From: Candidatus Microgenomates bacterium
GTDB lineage: Bacteria; Patescibacteriota; JACPGU01
Assembly: GCA_016188915.1 (NCBI GenBank)
Contig: JACPGU010000002.1
Coordinates: 11,388 to 75,387, forward strand
DNA length: 64,000 nucleotides
Direction: 5' to 3'
Part shown: positions 46,984 through 57,500 of the stretch, piece by piece
Layout: every line of letters starts with the position of its first letter
Numbering within the stretch: position 1 is the first letter of the stretch
The notes under the pieces: model-generated
What the model was told of the DNA's origin: nothing
The model's input: the letters and a program-made list of their open reading frames with translations, nothing else
The model's database searches: none
Translations under genes and position numbers: made by a program

Positions 46984-48267
46984 CTATCTCATCACAAACA
47001 TCAACACCGCCGCCACCAGCATGACAAAGAAAGTTAGCCAGCCGAGGGAGCGAAGGAGGAGCCCGCTCTGGTATTTACCCATCACTTTTTTGTTTCCGGT
47101 AATTACCGTGATCAGCAGAATGAGAGGCACCGCCACGATACCATTAATGATAGCGGCGTAGATTAGAGCCTGTATAGGATTTACACCCAAGATATTCAAA
47201 AATAATCCGACCAAGGTAGAAACAATAATAACTCCATAGAACCCTTTCGCATCTTGAAATTTCTTTGACAGACCCTGTCTCCAACCGAATGTTTCAGACA
47301 CCGCGTATCCCGCCGAACCGGCCAAGACCGGTATGCCAAGTAACCCCGCGCCGATGATGCCGATGGCAAAAAGTAAATACGCGCCATCTCCGGCCAAAGG
47401 TCGCAACGCTTCCGCCGCTTCTCTGGCGGAAGTTATCTCATGGATGCCGGCGGTAAAAAGTGTGGAAGCGGCAGTGATAACAATAAAGAAAGTGATGGCT
47501 TGCGAGAAAATCATCCCAACAGCGGTGTCGGCATTGACTCGGGAGAAATCTGCCTTTGATACTTTGGGGGCATTCGCCCCTATTTCAGCTAATTTCCCTT
47601 CCGCTACCTCTTCCTCCGCTTCTTCCGATGTCTGCCAGAAAAAAAGATAGGGAGAAATGGTCGTACCGAGGAAAGCAACGACCATCATAATATAGGCGCT
47701 ATTCCACTCAAAGCGCGGGATGAAAAGAGAGCGAAAAATATTCGACCAGTCCTGCGGGATGATAAAAGCCACCAAGACATAGGAGAGAAAAATTACCGTC
47801 AGCCATTTCAATATCTGCACATATTTTTTGTATTTTACAAAAACCTCCAGCAAAATAATAACCAGCGCCACGATAATAGACCAGACCAAGATATTTCCAG
47901 CAAAAAGCATCTGCAGGACCGCTCCGATAGCCGAGATGTCCGCGCCAATATTGATAGTATTGGCGATGATCAGAAGCGCCACCACGAAATAAAGTAGATA
48001 CTTGGAATAATGTTTCTTTATCACTCCTGCCAATCCCATGCCGGTTACCAGTCCCAACCGTCCACACATTTCCTGCACCGCAATCATTAGCGGTAGCTGA
48101 AAAAGCGCCATCCATAATTGCCCCAGACCAAATCTGGCCCCCGCCATAGAGTAGGTCACAATCCCTGATGGATCATCGTCAGAAAACCCGGTGATAACGC
48201 CTGGACCGATGGATCGCCCCACGCGACTCCAAAAGCCACTTTTATTTCTTTGCTCTGATTTTTTCAT
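46984..48267 (-). CDS. NRAMP-family divalent metal transporter
   Basis: GPG.ITG.SDDDPSG and LGTTISPY motifs; about 11 TM helices. Confidence 0.9.
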   Translation of the reverse strand: MKKSEQRNKSGFWSRVGRSIGPGVITGFSDDDPSGIVTYSMAGARFGLGQLWMALFQLPLMIAVQEMCGRLGLVTGMGLAGVIKKHYSKYLLYFVVALLIIANTINIGADISAIGAVLQMLFAGNILVWSIIVALVIILLEVFVKYKKYVQILKWLTVIFLSYVLVAFIIPQDWSNIFRSLFIPRFEWNSAYIMMVVAFLGTTISPYLFFWQTSEEAEEEVAEGKLAEIGANAPKVSKADFSRVNADTAVGMIFSQAITFFIVITAASTLFTAGIHEITSAREAAEALRPLAGDGAYLLFAIGIIGAGLLGIPVLAGSAGYAVSETFGWRQGLSKKFQDAKGFYGVIIVSTLVGLFLNILGVNPIQALIYAAIINGIVAVPLILLITVITGNKKVMGKYQSGLLLRSLGWLTFFVMLVAAVLMFVMR

Positions 48268-49027
48268 AGATATTTTCCCAATTTTCTAAATTTAATTCTT
48301 GTGACCGAATTTTTTCATCCATCCCCATCTTCCCCAGTATAACAAAGATTTTGTCTTTTGTAAGATTTTCGTATCCCGTCAGATTGTTCGCCAACGTTTT
48401 CCGCTTTGAAGAAAACCCTTGCTTGATTAAATTAAAGAAAGTGGTTTGGTCTTTAATTTCATAATTTCTTAATTTCTTAATTTCTAATTTTATTACTGCC
48501 GAGTCCACCTTCGGCGCGGGATGAAACGACTTTTTACTCACAAAAAATTTGATTTCAGCGACGGCAAACATCTGTACCGAAAGGGCGAGCAGATTCATCT
48601 GGGGTGGCTGGGCGCACATCCTCTCCGCTACTTCTTTCTGCACCATAAATGTCATTTCCGATGGCTTATTCTCCATTCCCGAAATAGTCCGCAGGAGAAA
48701 CGAGGTAAGATAGTATGGGATATTAGAAATAATTTTGTAATTTTGTAATTTTGTAATTTTTAAATATTGAAGGATGTCCCCGTTCACCAGTTCAAGATTT
48801 TCCACCTTAGAAAATTTCCTTTGCAGATATTCAAAAAGTTTCTCGTCCTTCTCCACCGCGATCACTTTTTTCGCTTTTTGGCACAAGGCGTAGGTCAGCG
48901 ATCCTTGCCCCGGACCTATTTCCAAAACAATATCGGACGGCTCTATTTCCGCCACTTCAATTATCCGGCGTAAAACTCCTCCATCCGCCAAAAAATTCTG
49001 TCCCAGTTTTGCTCTGTGAGATTTCAT
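48242..49027 (-). CDS. rsmA: 16S rRNA dimethyladenosine transferase
   Basis: LGQNFL, EIGPGQG, SNIPY and PAPKVDS motifs. Confidence 0.96.
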   Translation of the reverse strand: MKSHRAKLGQNFLADGGVLRRIIEVAEIEPSDIVLEIGPGQGSLTYALCQKAKKVIAVEKDEKLFEYLQRKFSKVENLELVNGDILQYLKITKLQNYKIISNIPYYLTSFLLRTISGMENKPSEMTFMVQKEVAERMCAQPPQMNLLALSVQMFAVAEIKFFVSKKSFHPAPKVDSAVIKLEIKKLRNYEIKDQTTFFNLIKQGFSSKRKTLANNLTGYENLTKDKIFVILGKMGMDEKIRSQELNLENWENIYEKIRAKK

Positions 49028-49072
49028 GCTGGCCGTATACTATTTAATTTTTCTAAAAGCTATGCCCTATCC

Positions 49073-49119
49073 GAGGTCGCACCTCCGTCTTCGCTTCGCT
49101 ACGACCGAGGAACGACCTC
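49073..49119. repeat. AGGTCG-family REP-like palindrome
   Basis: GAGGTCG-CA-CCTC...GAGG-AA-CGACCTC. Confidence 0.85.
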
Positions 49120-49177
49120 TTTTTGGATATCTTTAGTGAATCCTAGTTGTTTCTTAATTTCTTAATTTCTTAATTTT

Positions 49178-51082
49178 TTATTTTCTGTGCTCTACTGCGT
49201 CTTCTGGCAGCTCAGAAAGAAATCGTGACGGCAGATTGTTTTGAAAACCTCCATAAAGCAGACGGGTGCGAGCATAAAGTAAAAAAAGTTTTTTGCGCGC
49301 TCTGGTGATACCCACATAGCAAAGTCGGCGCTCTTCCTCTATCTCGTGATCTTCATTCATCGCTTGTCCAGAGGGGAAGATACTCTCTTCCATTCCAACA
49401 ATAAAAACATAATCAAATTCTAATCCTTTGGCTGAATGCAAGGTCAGCAAAGACACCGCGTCTTTTTGGAAATCAGCGTTGTCTAGATTGGTGATGAGCG
49501 CAATGTCTTGCAGGAAAGCGGTGAGCGACTCCATCGGCCCGAGATTATCAAATCTTTGTGCCACGGAAAGCAATTCCCGAATATTCTCCCACCTGCCGTC
49601 CCCTTCTTTCGTTCCGTCCAAAATCATTTCTTTATATCCAGACATTATCGCAACTGCGGTAATGAGTTCCGAAACATTGGTCTCCGCCGCTACATTGCAT
49701 ATTCTTTCGTAAAGATTTTTAAAATTGCCGAGAGATTTTTTACTGCGAGTATCTAGTGGACCCAAGAAATCATCGGTCAGGTCATGAAGATTGGTAAGTT
49801 TTTTGAGATGAGCAAAAGCTGTTTCACCAATGCCTCTGGCTGGCTTATTGATAATCCTTGAGAGCGACACGAAATCCGATGGATTTTGGATGATACGCAG
49901 ATAGGCGATAATGTCTTTGACTTCCATTCTTTCGTAAAAACTAGTCCCTCCTACAATACGATATGGGACAGAGGAATTAAGGAACGCTTCTTCCAGCGCA
50001 CGACTCTGCGCATGCGTCCGGTAAAAAACTACAAAATCGTTGAAAGATGCGTCGCTTTTTCTTCTGACATTTTTTATTTGATCACAGACAAAAATTCCTT
50101 CATCTCTTTCGTTGGTCGCTTCAAAAATACCAATCGCTTCCCCCTCGTTGTTTTTCGTCCAAAGATCTTTGCTCTTTCGCTGACGATTGTTCTCTATCAG
50201 CTTCTGCGCGGCGAGCAATATCTTTTGCGTTGAGCGATAATTTTCTTCCAATTTGAAAATTTTGGTGTCCGGATAATCTTTTTCAAAGTTTAGGATATTA
50301 CGAATATCCGCGCCCCTGAAATTATAAATAGATTGATCGGGATCGCCCACCACGCAGATATTGTTTTTTTCATTGACTAAAAGTTTGACGAGAAGATATT
50401 GCGCGCGGTTAGTATCTTGATATTCATCTACTAATATATAGTGAAAAACTCTCTGATATTTAGCGCGAATTTCTGGAAAGTTCTGCAATATTTCTATCGT
50501 CTTGCCAATCAGGTCGTCAAAATCCAAAGCGTTACTAGCTCGCAATTTTTTCTGATACATCGCGTAGACTTCGGCTACTTTTTCGTCAAAAAAAGTATTG
50601 GCGTAATTTTGGGCAAAATCAATCGGCGAAATAAATTCATTTTTAATACCGGAAATTCTGGAAGCAAAGGCGCGCGGCTTGAACATTTTTTCGTCACTGC
50701 CCAATTCTCTCAAACATTCCTTGATTAGATCCTGCTGATCAGAACTGTCATATATAGTAAAGGAACGATCGTAGCCGATGTGATGAATCTCGCGACGCAG
50801 GATCCTCACGCAAATAGAGTGAAAAGTGCCGATCCACATCGCGCCGATAGGATTGCCCAACAATTTTTCCACTCTCTCCTTCATCTCCCCCGCCGCTTTG
50901 TTAGTGAAAGTAACAGCCAAGATTGATTCTGACTTGATGCCTTGCGCGATAAGGTGGGCGATACGATAGGTAATCACTCTTGTTTTGCCCGATCCGGCGC
51001 CGGCCAAAATCAAAATAGGTCCGTCGATAGTCTCGACGGCTTTTTGTTGTTCTGGATTGAGACTGTCTTGTTTTATTTTCAT
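49178..51082 (-). CDS. pcrA: UvrD/PcrA DNA helicase
   Basis: AGAGSGKT, VDEYQDTN, GDPDQSIY.FRGA, HSAKGLEF and EERRLCYVGITRA motifs. Confidence 0.96.
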   Translation of the reverse strand: MKIKQDSLNPEQQKAVETIDGPILILAGAGSGKTRVITYRIAHLIAQGIKSESILAVTFTNKAAGEMKERVEKLLGNPIGAMWIGTFHSICVRILRREIHHIGYDRSFTIYDSSDQQDLIKECLRELGSDEKMFKPRAFASRISGIKNEFISPIDFAQNYANTFFDEKVAEVYAMYQKKLRASNALDFDDLIGKTIEILQNFPEIRAKYQRVFHYILVDEYQDTNRAQYLLVKLLVNEKNNICVVGDPDQSIYNFRGADIRNILNFEKDYPDTKIFKLEENYRSTQKILLAAQKLIENNRQRKSKDLWTKNNEGEAIGIFEATNERDEGIFVCDQIKNVRRKSDASFNDFVVFYRTHAQSRALEEAFLNSSVPYRIVGGTSFYERMEVKDIIAYLRIIQNPSDFVSLSRIINKPARGIGETAFAHLKKLTNLHDLTDDFLGPLDTRSKKSLGNFKNLYERICNVAAETNVSELITAVAIMSGYKEMILDGTKEGDGRWENIRELLSVAQRFDNLGPMESLTAFLQDIALITNLDNADFQKDAVSLLTLHSAKGLEFDYVFIVGMEESIFPSGQAMNEDHEIEEERRLCYVGITRARKKLFLLYARTRLLYGGFQNNLPSRFLSELPEDAVEHRK

Positions 51083-52086
51083 TTCAAAGAAAAATAATCA
51101 TAAAGCGTCTTTGATATATTACGAATAGCTGGTATGGCTTCTTCATATACAGCTTCGTTCGTCATAACAACACAGATAAAATTTCCTTTAGGGGAAAATA
51201 TAATACCAGCATCGCTATATACTCCTTCCCAGGTACCTATCTTGTGAGACACCTTTGCTTCTTTGGGCAAATAAAATGGTATCCTGTCTTCAGAAACAGT
51301 GCCTTGCATTGCCTTAATCATTTCTTCATAAGAAGCCTCATCTAAAAATTCTTTCCTATATAAAGATTTGAAAAATTTACCGACATCAAAAGCCGTTGTA
51401 TCGTTGGTATCAAAATCTGTCCCTTCTAAAAATATAGATCTATCAAATTCATTAATTGCCTTAATTCCTAAAAAGCGTGTCATCATAGAAAAAGCAATAT
51501 TATCACTTTGATTGAGCATTCTCCATGTCAAATCCTTAGCATAGTATTGGCCTTCGTCATCTACTGACGACAAAGAACTACCTTGGTCTACCCTGTCCTC
51601 TCCTAATATTTCTATGGAACTGCTGGCTATACTTTTGTCGCTGGAATATTTTTTGTAAAAAGTTCCAGCCACAAAAAGCTTGGCTAGACTTGCCGCGGTC
51701 ATTTTCCTGTCTTGATTTAACCCCACTTCTTCTCCATTAGAAAAATCATAAGCATAAATGCTATATTCTCCTTTTAAAGGAGATACCATATTTACCAATT
51801 CATTGTAGAGCTGTTCTTTGGTGGTAATCAATATTTTGTCGCTTGGGTCATATTTATAATCTGCCAATATCTTTTTTTCAATAGTCTGGTTAAAAGAACT
51901 GGCCGGTAGGGTGTATTTTACCGACCAAAATGGGATACTGGCTACCCACAAAACTATTATTAGACCTATCAAAGATATCAAAAAAATAAATCCATCAAAA
52001 TGAACCAAAGAATCCCTGCCCCCAATCTGGCGCTTTCTTTGAGATTTGAATATAGCATCTATTTTTGGAGATCCTATCCTTCCCAT
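51079..52086 (-). CDS. Membrane-anchored class A beta-lactamase-like serine hydrolase
   Basis: SxxK (ASLAK), SDN and HKIG motifs; N-terminal TM helix. Confidence 0.85.
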   Translation of the reverse strand: MGRIGSPKIDAIFKSQRKRQIGGRDSLVHFDGFIFLISLIGLIIVLWVASIPFWSVKYTLPASSFNQTIEKKILADYKYDPSDKILITTKEQLYNELVNMVSPLKGEYSIYAYDFSNGEEVGLNQDRKMTAASLAKLFVAGTFYKKYSSDKSIASSSIEILGEDRVDQGSSLSSVDDEGQYYAKDLTWRMLNQSDNIAFSMMTRFLGIKAINEFDRSIFLEGTDFDTNDTTAFDVGKFFKSLYRKEFLDEASYEEMIKAMQGTVSEDRIPFYLPKEAKVSHKIGTWEGVYSDAGIIFSPKGNFICVVMTNEAVYEEAIPAIRNISKTLYDYFSLK

Positions 52087-52143
52087 ACTTCGTATTATAC
52101 TACAAACAAAACACCTCTACTGGTGATTTTGTTTGTGTCGCTC

Positions 52144-52353
52144 AAATAGCCACAAGGAGAATCGCTTGTCCCGACTTCTTGCTTTGCAAGAACGTCGGGG
52201 AACTCCTTTCCTAATGCTTTCTAAATAGTTCTTCTTAGTTGAAACAGTAAATAGCCCCAAGGAGAATCGCTTGTCCCGACTTCTTGCTTTGCAAGAACGT
52301 CGGGGAACTCCTTTCCTAATGCTTTCTAAATAGTTCTTCTTAGTTGAAACAGT
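52144..52353 (-). repeat. Two tandem 105-bp units, each containing a tRNA-Glu 3' fragment
   Basis: Units start at 52144 and 52249 and differ by 1 nt; the third partial copy is the 3' end of the tRNA itself. Confidence 0.95.
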
Positions 52354-52356
52354 AAA

Positions 52357-52428
52357 TAGCCCCAAGGAGAATCGAACTCCTCTTTTCAGCTTGAGAAGCT
52401 GACGTCCTAACCGATAGACGATGGGGCC
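52357..52428 (-). tRNA. tRNA-Glu(CTC)
   Basis: GGCCCCA acceptor, TCAGC-TTCTCAA-GCTGA anticodon arm, AGTTCGATTCT. Confidence 0.95.
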
Positions 52429-52612
52429 ACCGATATAAATTAAAAGATAAAAGGAAAGAGCGAAAAATGATGAAGTGACTTTGCCACGATATATTAAAAA
52501 TTACCAAGAGATGGGGTGGTCATATTTTAGCACAAATCATATCTTTAGCGCTAACTTAAAAGAGCCACACACAGAGCGCGACCCCTTTAACCCCTCCTCA
52601 AAACACTATTTT

Positions 52613-52828
52613 TTAGCCCTTTTTCAACATTGGCAAACCAGTTCTAGGGTTTTCTACTACCTTGTAACCGCCCGGCAAATCGTTAAGAGCACATTTTGGA
52701 TCGATCTTGTCCTTGCCAGAGAACCAATAGATTCTCTGTTTTGTTCCCTTGCTACCCTTTAGAGTCACCTCTTTAGAGTGAAGGAAATAATCTTTGCCGC
52801 TCTTTTTGCTTTTCACAGAGTATGGCAT
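52613..52828 (-). CDS. Small basic hypothetical protein
   Basis: 71 aa with SD AGGAGG; YFLH..EVTL.G...IY.F...LP.GY.VVEN.RTGLP.LKK pattern. Confidence 0.85.
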   Translation of the reverse strand: MPYSVKSKKSGKDYFLHSKEVTLKGSKGTKQRIYWFSGKDKIDPKCALNDLPGGYKVVENPRTGLPMLKKG

Positions 52829-53000
52829 ATGACCTCCTGTTTAACCCAGGTTTTCCCCAGGCCTTATTAATATTAAACCCATTATACCTGGTGCTAACCT
52901 GGAAGTCAAAAAGAGCATAGTACTCTTTATCCCCTTATAAAAATAAGTCACCAAAAGTGACCCGGATTAGCTCTTTGGCGTATTGTATATCGCGCCACCC

Positions 53001-54194
53001 TTATTGATAGCTATAAACATCCACTAGCTCACCGCTGGCATTGCGCAAATAGGCTGGTTCACCGATTCTGTCCCAGACAGGAGCCGTATCAGTAAGAAAA
53101 CTAAAACCACCTTTATTGGTATTTATTCTAATGGTCTGTCCTGGTTGAATAAGAAAACCTGGAAAAGTAAAAACATGGCCATCGGAATCTCTTACTGTCC
53201 ATCCGGCCAGGTCTTTTTCTCCGTCTCCTGTGTTGCGAACTTCTACATATTCATCTTGACCCTCACCATTGATGTCCAGACTATATAGAATATAACTAAC
53301 AATAATCTTGGATGGGTAGATGATTATTGGCGGCGGATCATTATTGCCCCCATCATTATCGCCTCCACCATCGCTTCCATTGCCATTACCATTGCCATTA
53401 TCGCCTCCGCTGTTATCGCCTCCTCCATTATTCCCATTACCACCACCTCCACCATTATCATTCTCATTGTTCCCGCTGCCATTGCTACCATCATCATTAC
53501 CGCTATCGCTATCATCGTTATTATAGTTTACCGAGATAGATTCGCTAGTAGAGCCATCTTCGTCAGAAGCTACTATATCAATAGTATTATCTCCCGGATC
53601 CAATATTATTTCCGCCTCAAAATGGCCATCGTCATCAACTGGGGTATCTTGTCCATCTATCTCTACCGTTGCTCCAGGATCGGTATCGCCAATGACAGTA
53701 ATATTAGGATCAATGACTACGCTTTCATCATTTGGCGACGATATCACCAACTCTGGACCTGGTCCTACTATATATTCTATTGTCTCATCAATGATGGTTG
53801 CTTCTGTCCCATCGGATCTTTCCTCTCTGACTAGTAAATCATTTTCGCCCGGGTTAAGATCGATGACAAATGAAAATGAACCATCGGGGTTGATAATTAG
53901 ATTGTCGGCGTCTATCAATAGCCCATCTAAAAATATTTTTATTTTAGAATCTGAGTTACCTAATTGTCCATTTATATCCAAGGGAGAATCATAAACTACT
54001 CTATTCTCCGGATCAAAGGCTTGTCGGCCACGGAAAGGATTAAACCAAATGAGTCCCAACAGAAGGAGTAGTGGCAAAAGGCAGCCGAAGAAGAAGGGGA
54101 TGATAGGCAAACGCCTTTTATCTTTTCCCTCCTCTTTTTTCTTGCGACGCTTTTCTACCAATTCTTCCAGATTTTTTATTTCTTCTTTTGGCAT
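53001..54194 (-). CDS. Membrane-anchored surface protein: Ig-like domains, G/N/D-rich linker, lamin-tail domain
   Basis: TM helix, two L.PG.N Ig-like repeats, and C-terminal EYVEVRNTG...DLAGWTVRD...F.FP...VW...GE.AYLRN..G.LVD. Confidence 0.85.
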   Translation of the reverse strand: MPKEEIKNLEELVEKRRKKKEEGKDKRRLPIIPFFFGCLLPLLLLLGLIWFNPFRGRQAFDPENRVVYDSPLDINGQLGNSDSKIKIFLDGLLIDADNLIINPDGSFSFVIDLNPGENDLLVREERSDGTEATIIDETIEYIVGPGPELVISSPNDESVVIDPNITVIGDTDPGATVEIDGQDTPVDDDGHFEAEIILDPGDNTIDIVASDEDGSTSESISVNYNNDDSDSGNDDGSNGSGNNENDNGGGGGNGNNGGGDNSGGDNGNGNGNGSDGGGDNDGGNNDPPPIIIYPSKIIVSYILYSLDINGEGQDEYVEVRNTGDGEKDLAGWTVRDSDGHVFTFPGFLIQPGQTIRINTNKGGFSFLTDTAPVWDRIGEPAYLRNASGELVDVYSYQ

Positions 54195-54557
54195 TCTATT
54201 TTTGTTTGCTACGCTATTAATAACAATATAGCACAATAATTATTTTTTAAAAGGTTAAGCTAAATCTTATAACTGAGAGACTTGGATTCTGCCGGCATCC
54301 GCCAGGCGGGAAGCGAATGTTGGGCGAACCTTTTACAGCTGACTTTATTGAATGAAATCCGAACTTTTTTTCAGGAAAATTCGGACTCCGAATAAATTTG
54401 CGGGGCGTCCTGTGGGGGTAGGATCGCCCCGCCTGAATCTTTACCCGCCTCTGGAGGGCCCAAAATCCAAAAACTTGTCCGCCTCCTCGGGAGGATTTCC
54501 GCCATCGTTTTCATCTTGATTTTGGAAATCGGAACACTTTTTAAATTTCTTTGTTTG

Positions 54558-57500
54558 TTACTCAACAATATTATCAATATTGTCCACTTTTTTAGGATTA
54601 TTGGCATCAAAGTCTTCTGCCCTCTCCCAGTCTATAGGTGTTACATTTACAACCGTTCCACTGTCTTCATCAAATTCAATAATAGTATCTTTTATTCTCC
54701 ATCTTTTATCAATTTTTAATTTATCTCTAAATAAATCTGCCAGTTCTTTATTCTTTTCAGAAACATCTTGAATTATCGCATTTATCTTCTCATCGCTAAA
54801 TTTACCAGATTCCCTTAAATGCTTTTCAAATTTTCTTCCAGAAATTCCTTCTACTTTTTTCATAAGAAGATAGCTACCATCAACTTCTTTTTTCCCAGAC
54901 ATAAAACCAACCGGTTCTGCCGTAGGCAATCCCACCTTTTTCGCCGATATTAATATAGAAAATTCTTTTCTAGATTCTTTGGCTTTGCGAAGTTCTATTT
55001 TTTTTGCTACTATTTCTGTTCCATCGCTTAATTCAAAAGAGATAATTTCCTCATCTGGATATTCTCCTTCGCCTTTGCCACCCTTTAGCAAAGTACCACT
55101 TTCAGCAAAAAACTTTTTTGGGTTTTCAATAAATTCTTTTGGTAATAAATCCAAGTACTCCTGTCTTATCCTTATGGAATAATTTTCAGAATCAACGCCG
55201 ACATTACCAGATGGTTCATGATACAGTTTTTCTTGCAACCAATAGTGGCGAGCAATAGCTTGCTTTATCATCATATAGTAGAACTGTTCTTCGGGGCTTG
55301 TTGGTTGTGCGATATGGTGAATTTTTCCAGTTTCTTCGTCAATAATTAACCCCTCGGCTGTATTTTCTGTTTTGGCATTATGCTCAATATATTCAATAAT
55401 TTCCGATCGAGCATTTTCTGGGATACCTTTAACACGTCTATGTACACTTGGAGCAGAGAGCAATCTAATCCTTCTCTCAATATCTTCGTCATCAAAATCC
55501 ATCACTCTCATTATTTGTTCAGGTATTGTGCCTGTATATCCAGTATCATAAAAAAGAGGGTCAGCATCGGGGGTAATTCTTTCTTGTTCAAGAAATTGAC
55601 GCTTAGTATCATAATCAAGATTGTCTCTAAAATATCTAGGGTATACAAGATATTGAGGATTTATTTCAATTATGTCCCCCATTTTTTGCAACTTTTTTCT
55701 GCCCTCAGGTCCAAGCTTTTTGCGACGCGCTATATCCTGCGCCCATCTTCCTATCCATGCATAAACACCATCTCTTCCAAGAAACACTTCGGTCGGATAA
55801 CGACCTGTTTCACGAAGATTATCAAATTCCTCATATAGCTTATCGTATAGGGGAATGTCCACTTCGTGAACTTTAATATATTTTTTAAATCCCTCCTCCA
55901 AAACACCGTCCATATTATTTAGCGATTCTCGTAAATCAGAAATGCGATTTAAGTCGCCTCCTATACTTTGCACAAGGTATCTTATTGCAAAATATTGAAG
56001 ATTATTTGATAAATCAAAGAATGGAGTCATTTTTACAGCCAACGATTCTGGACTAGCCAAGGCTTTTTTATCATCATCATTAATTTTAGAATTGGATTGA
56101 AATCTTGTAATAAATTTTTCGTAAGATTCTTTTATTTTTTCATTTATTTTTGCGAGCAGTGGCTCTATTTCAGATTGATTAATGTTCAGATCTTTCATCC
56201 TTCTCGGATTTATTTTTCCTCTCATTATATCAGTTAGGGCGTCAGTTAAAACTGCTTGTTGTTTATTAAAAACCCAAGGATTATTTTCATAAGGGTTACT
56301 TTCCCTGAAACCCTCACTTCCATGACTATAGCTATAATCATGTTCTCCATCGCCAAATTGCGCTCCGTGTTCAGCTAATGTTTTATTCGCTTTTTCAATA
56401 ACATCCTGCACCCATGGTTCGTTCTTCCACGAGAAATTCTCTATGCCATTAATAAACTTATTCGCTACAGAATAATGCGAAACAGCGACAAGCATTCCTT
56501 TACCCGCCCATTCTTTATCATGGTAGTTGCCTGCGTTCTCCAAAAAATAGTCAGCTAAATCATCATTGGATTCTAAGTTATCCAGAATCATCTCTATTGC
56601 TTTTTCGGAGGTTAAGGGCATAGGAAGGAGTGTATCAAAATCTTTTCCAAGATGCTTAACAAACGAAATTAAATTGTTAGGATTTATTTTAGACGCACAT
56701 TCTTCATCGGATTGTCGCATGTCTGATAATTGAAATACTCCTTCTGACAAATTAAATGACTTTTTTATTTCTAAGGCCTCGCTAATTTCACCGGCAGATG
56801 CTTTATTGAGCACAGCCTTTTTCGCAGCTTCTTGGATCTCGGGTAGCTTAATGACTTCTACGAGAAGATAATTGAATGCACTTTTTATTCTGTTCGTAGT
56901 ATTGATATCGCCAGACGACAGCTTATCTATTAACACTTTTTTTGCGGCTTCCTGGATTATCAAATCTGAGATATTAAATATCTTTAGTATTTTTTCGACA
57001 TTTTGAGTGTCAACATTGGCTAATGAATCCATTAGGCTTCCTTTTATAGCTTCTTTGGTTTCCTCAAGATCTGGGTTTTTTTCAATTTCCTCTTTTGAAT
57101 ATAGGATATAACCATTAGATAGGTCCTCAAGTATTTTATTTTTTATTGCTTTTTGAATTATGTCCCCCGATACATTTAATTCATTCTTTATTCTAATTGC
57201 CCAAGAGAATGCGCGTTTCTCCACCATCAAAATTATCTCTTTCTTTGCAGCTTCTTGAAATTCAGGTGAGTCAGCAAAATCACGGGGAATATTTAATGCC
57301 TTTATTATTTCAAAGTAATGACGAACATCTTCAGTATAATAGCCACCATGACCTAGCTTTCTTATTAATCCTTCTCTTACAGCTTCCTGGACTTCAGGTA
57401 AATTACTAAAGCCCTCGGGAAGACCAAGCTCGTTTTTTATTTTAATGACGTCATAGACATCGCCATTACTCACTTTGCGATATAAACCTTCCTCTAAGGC

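Noticed and set aside
51079..52086. Bona fide antibiotic-resistance beta-lactamase
   Set aside because: A membrane-anchored SxxK/SDN/KxG protein in a core-gene context; more likely a cell-wall-related serine hydrolase, and activity cannot be inferred.
52117..52365. CRISPR array, or the 82-aa ORF with a repeated peptide
   Set aside because: The spacers are identical, the repeat derives from the tRNA-Glu 3' end and there are no cas genes; the ORF is a by-product of the 105-bp (35-codon) period.
54371..54610. 79-aa ORF
   Set aside because: Overlaps the end of the 1255-aa gene and runs through palindromic DNA; no protein-like features.
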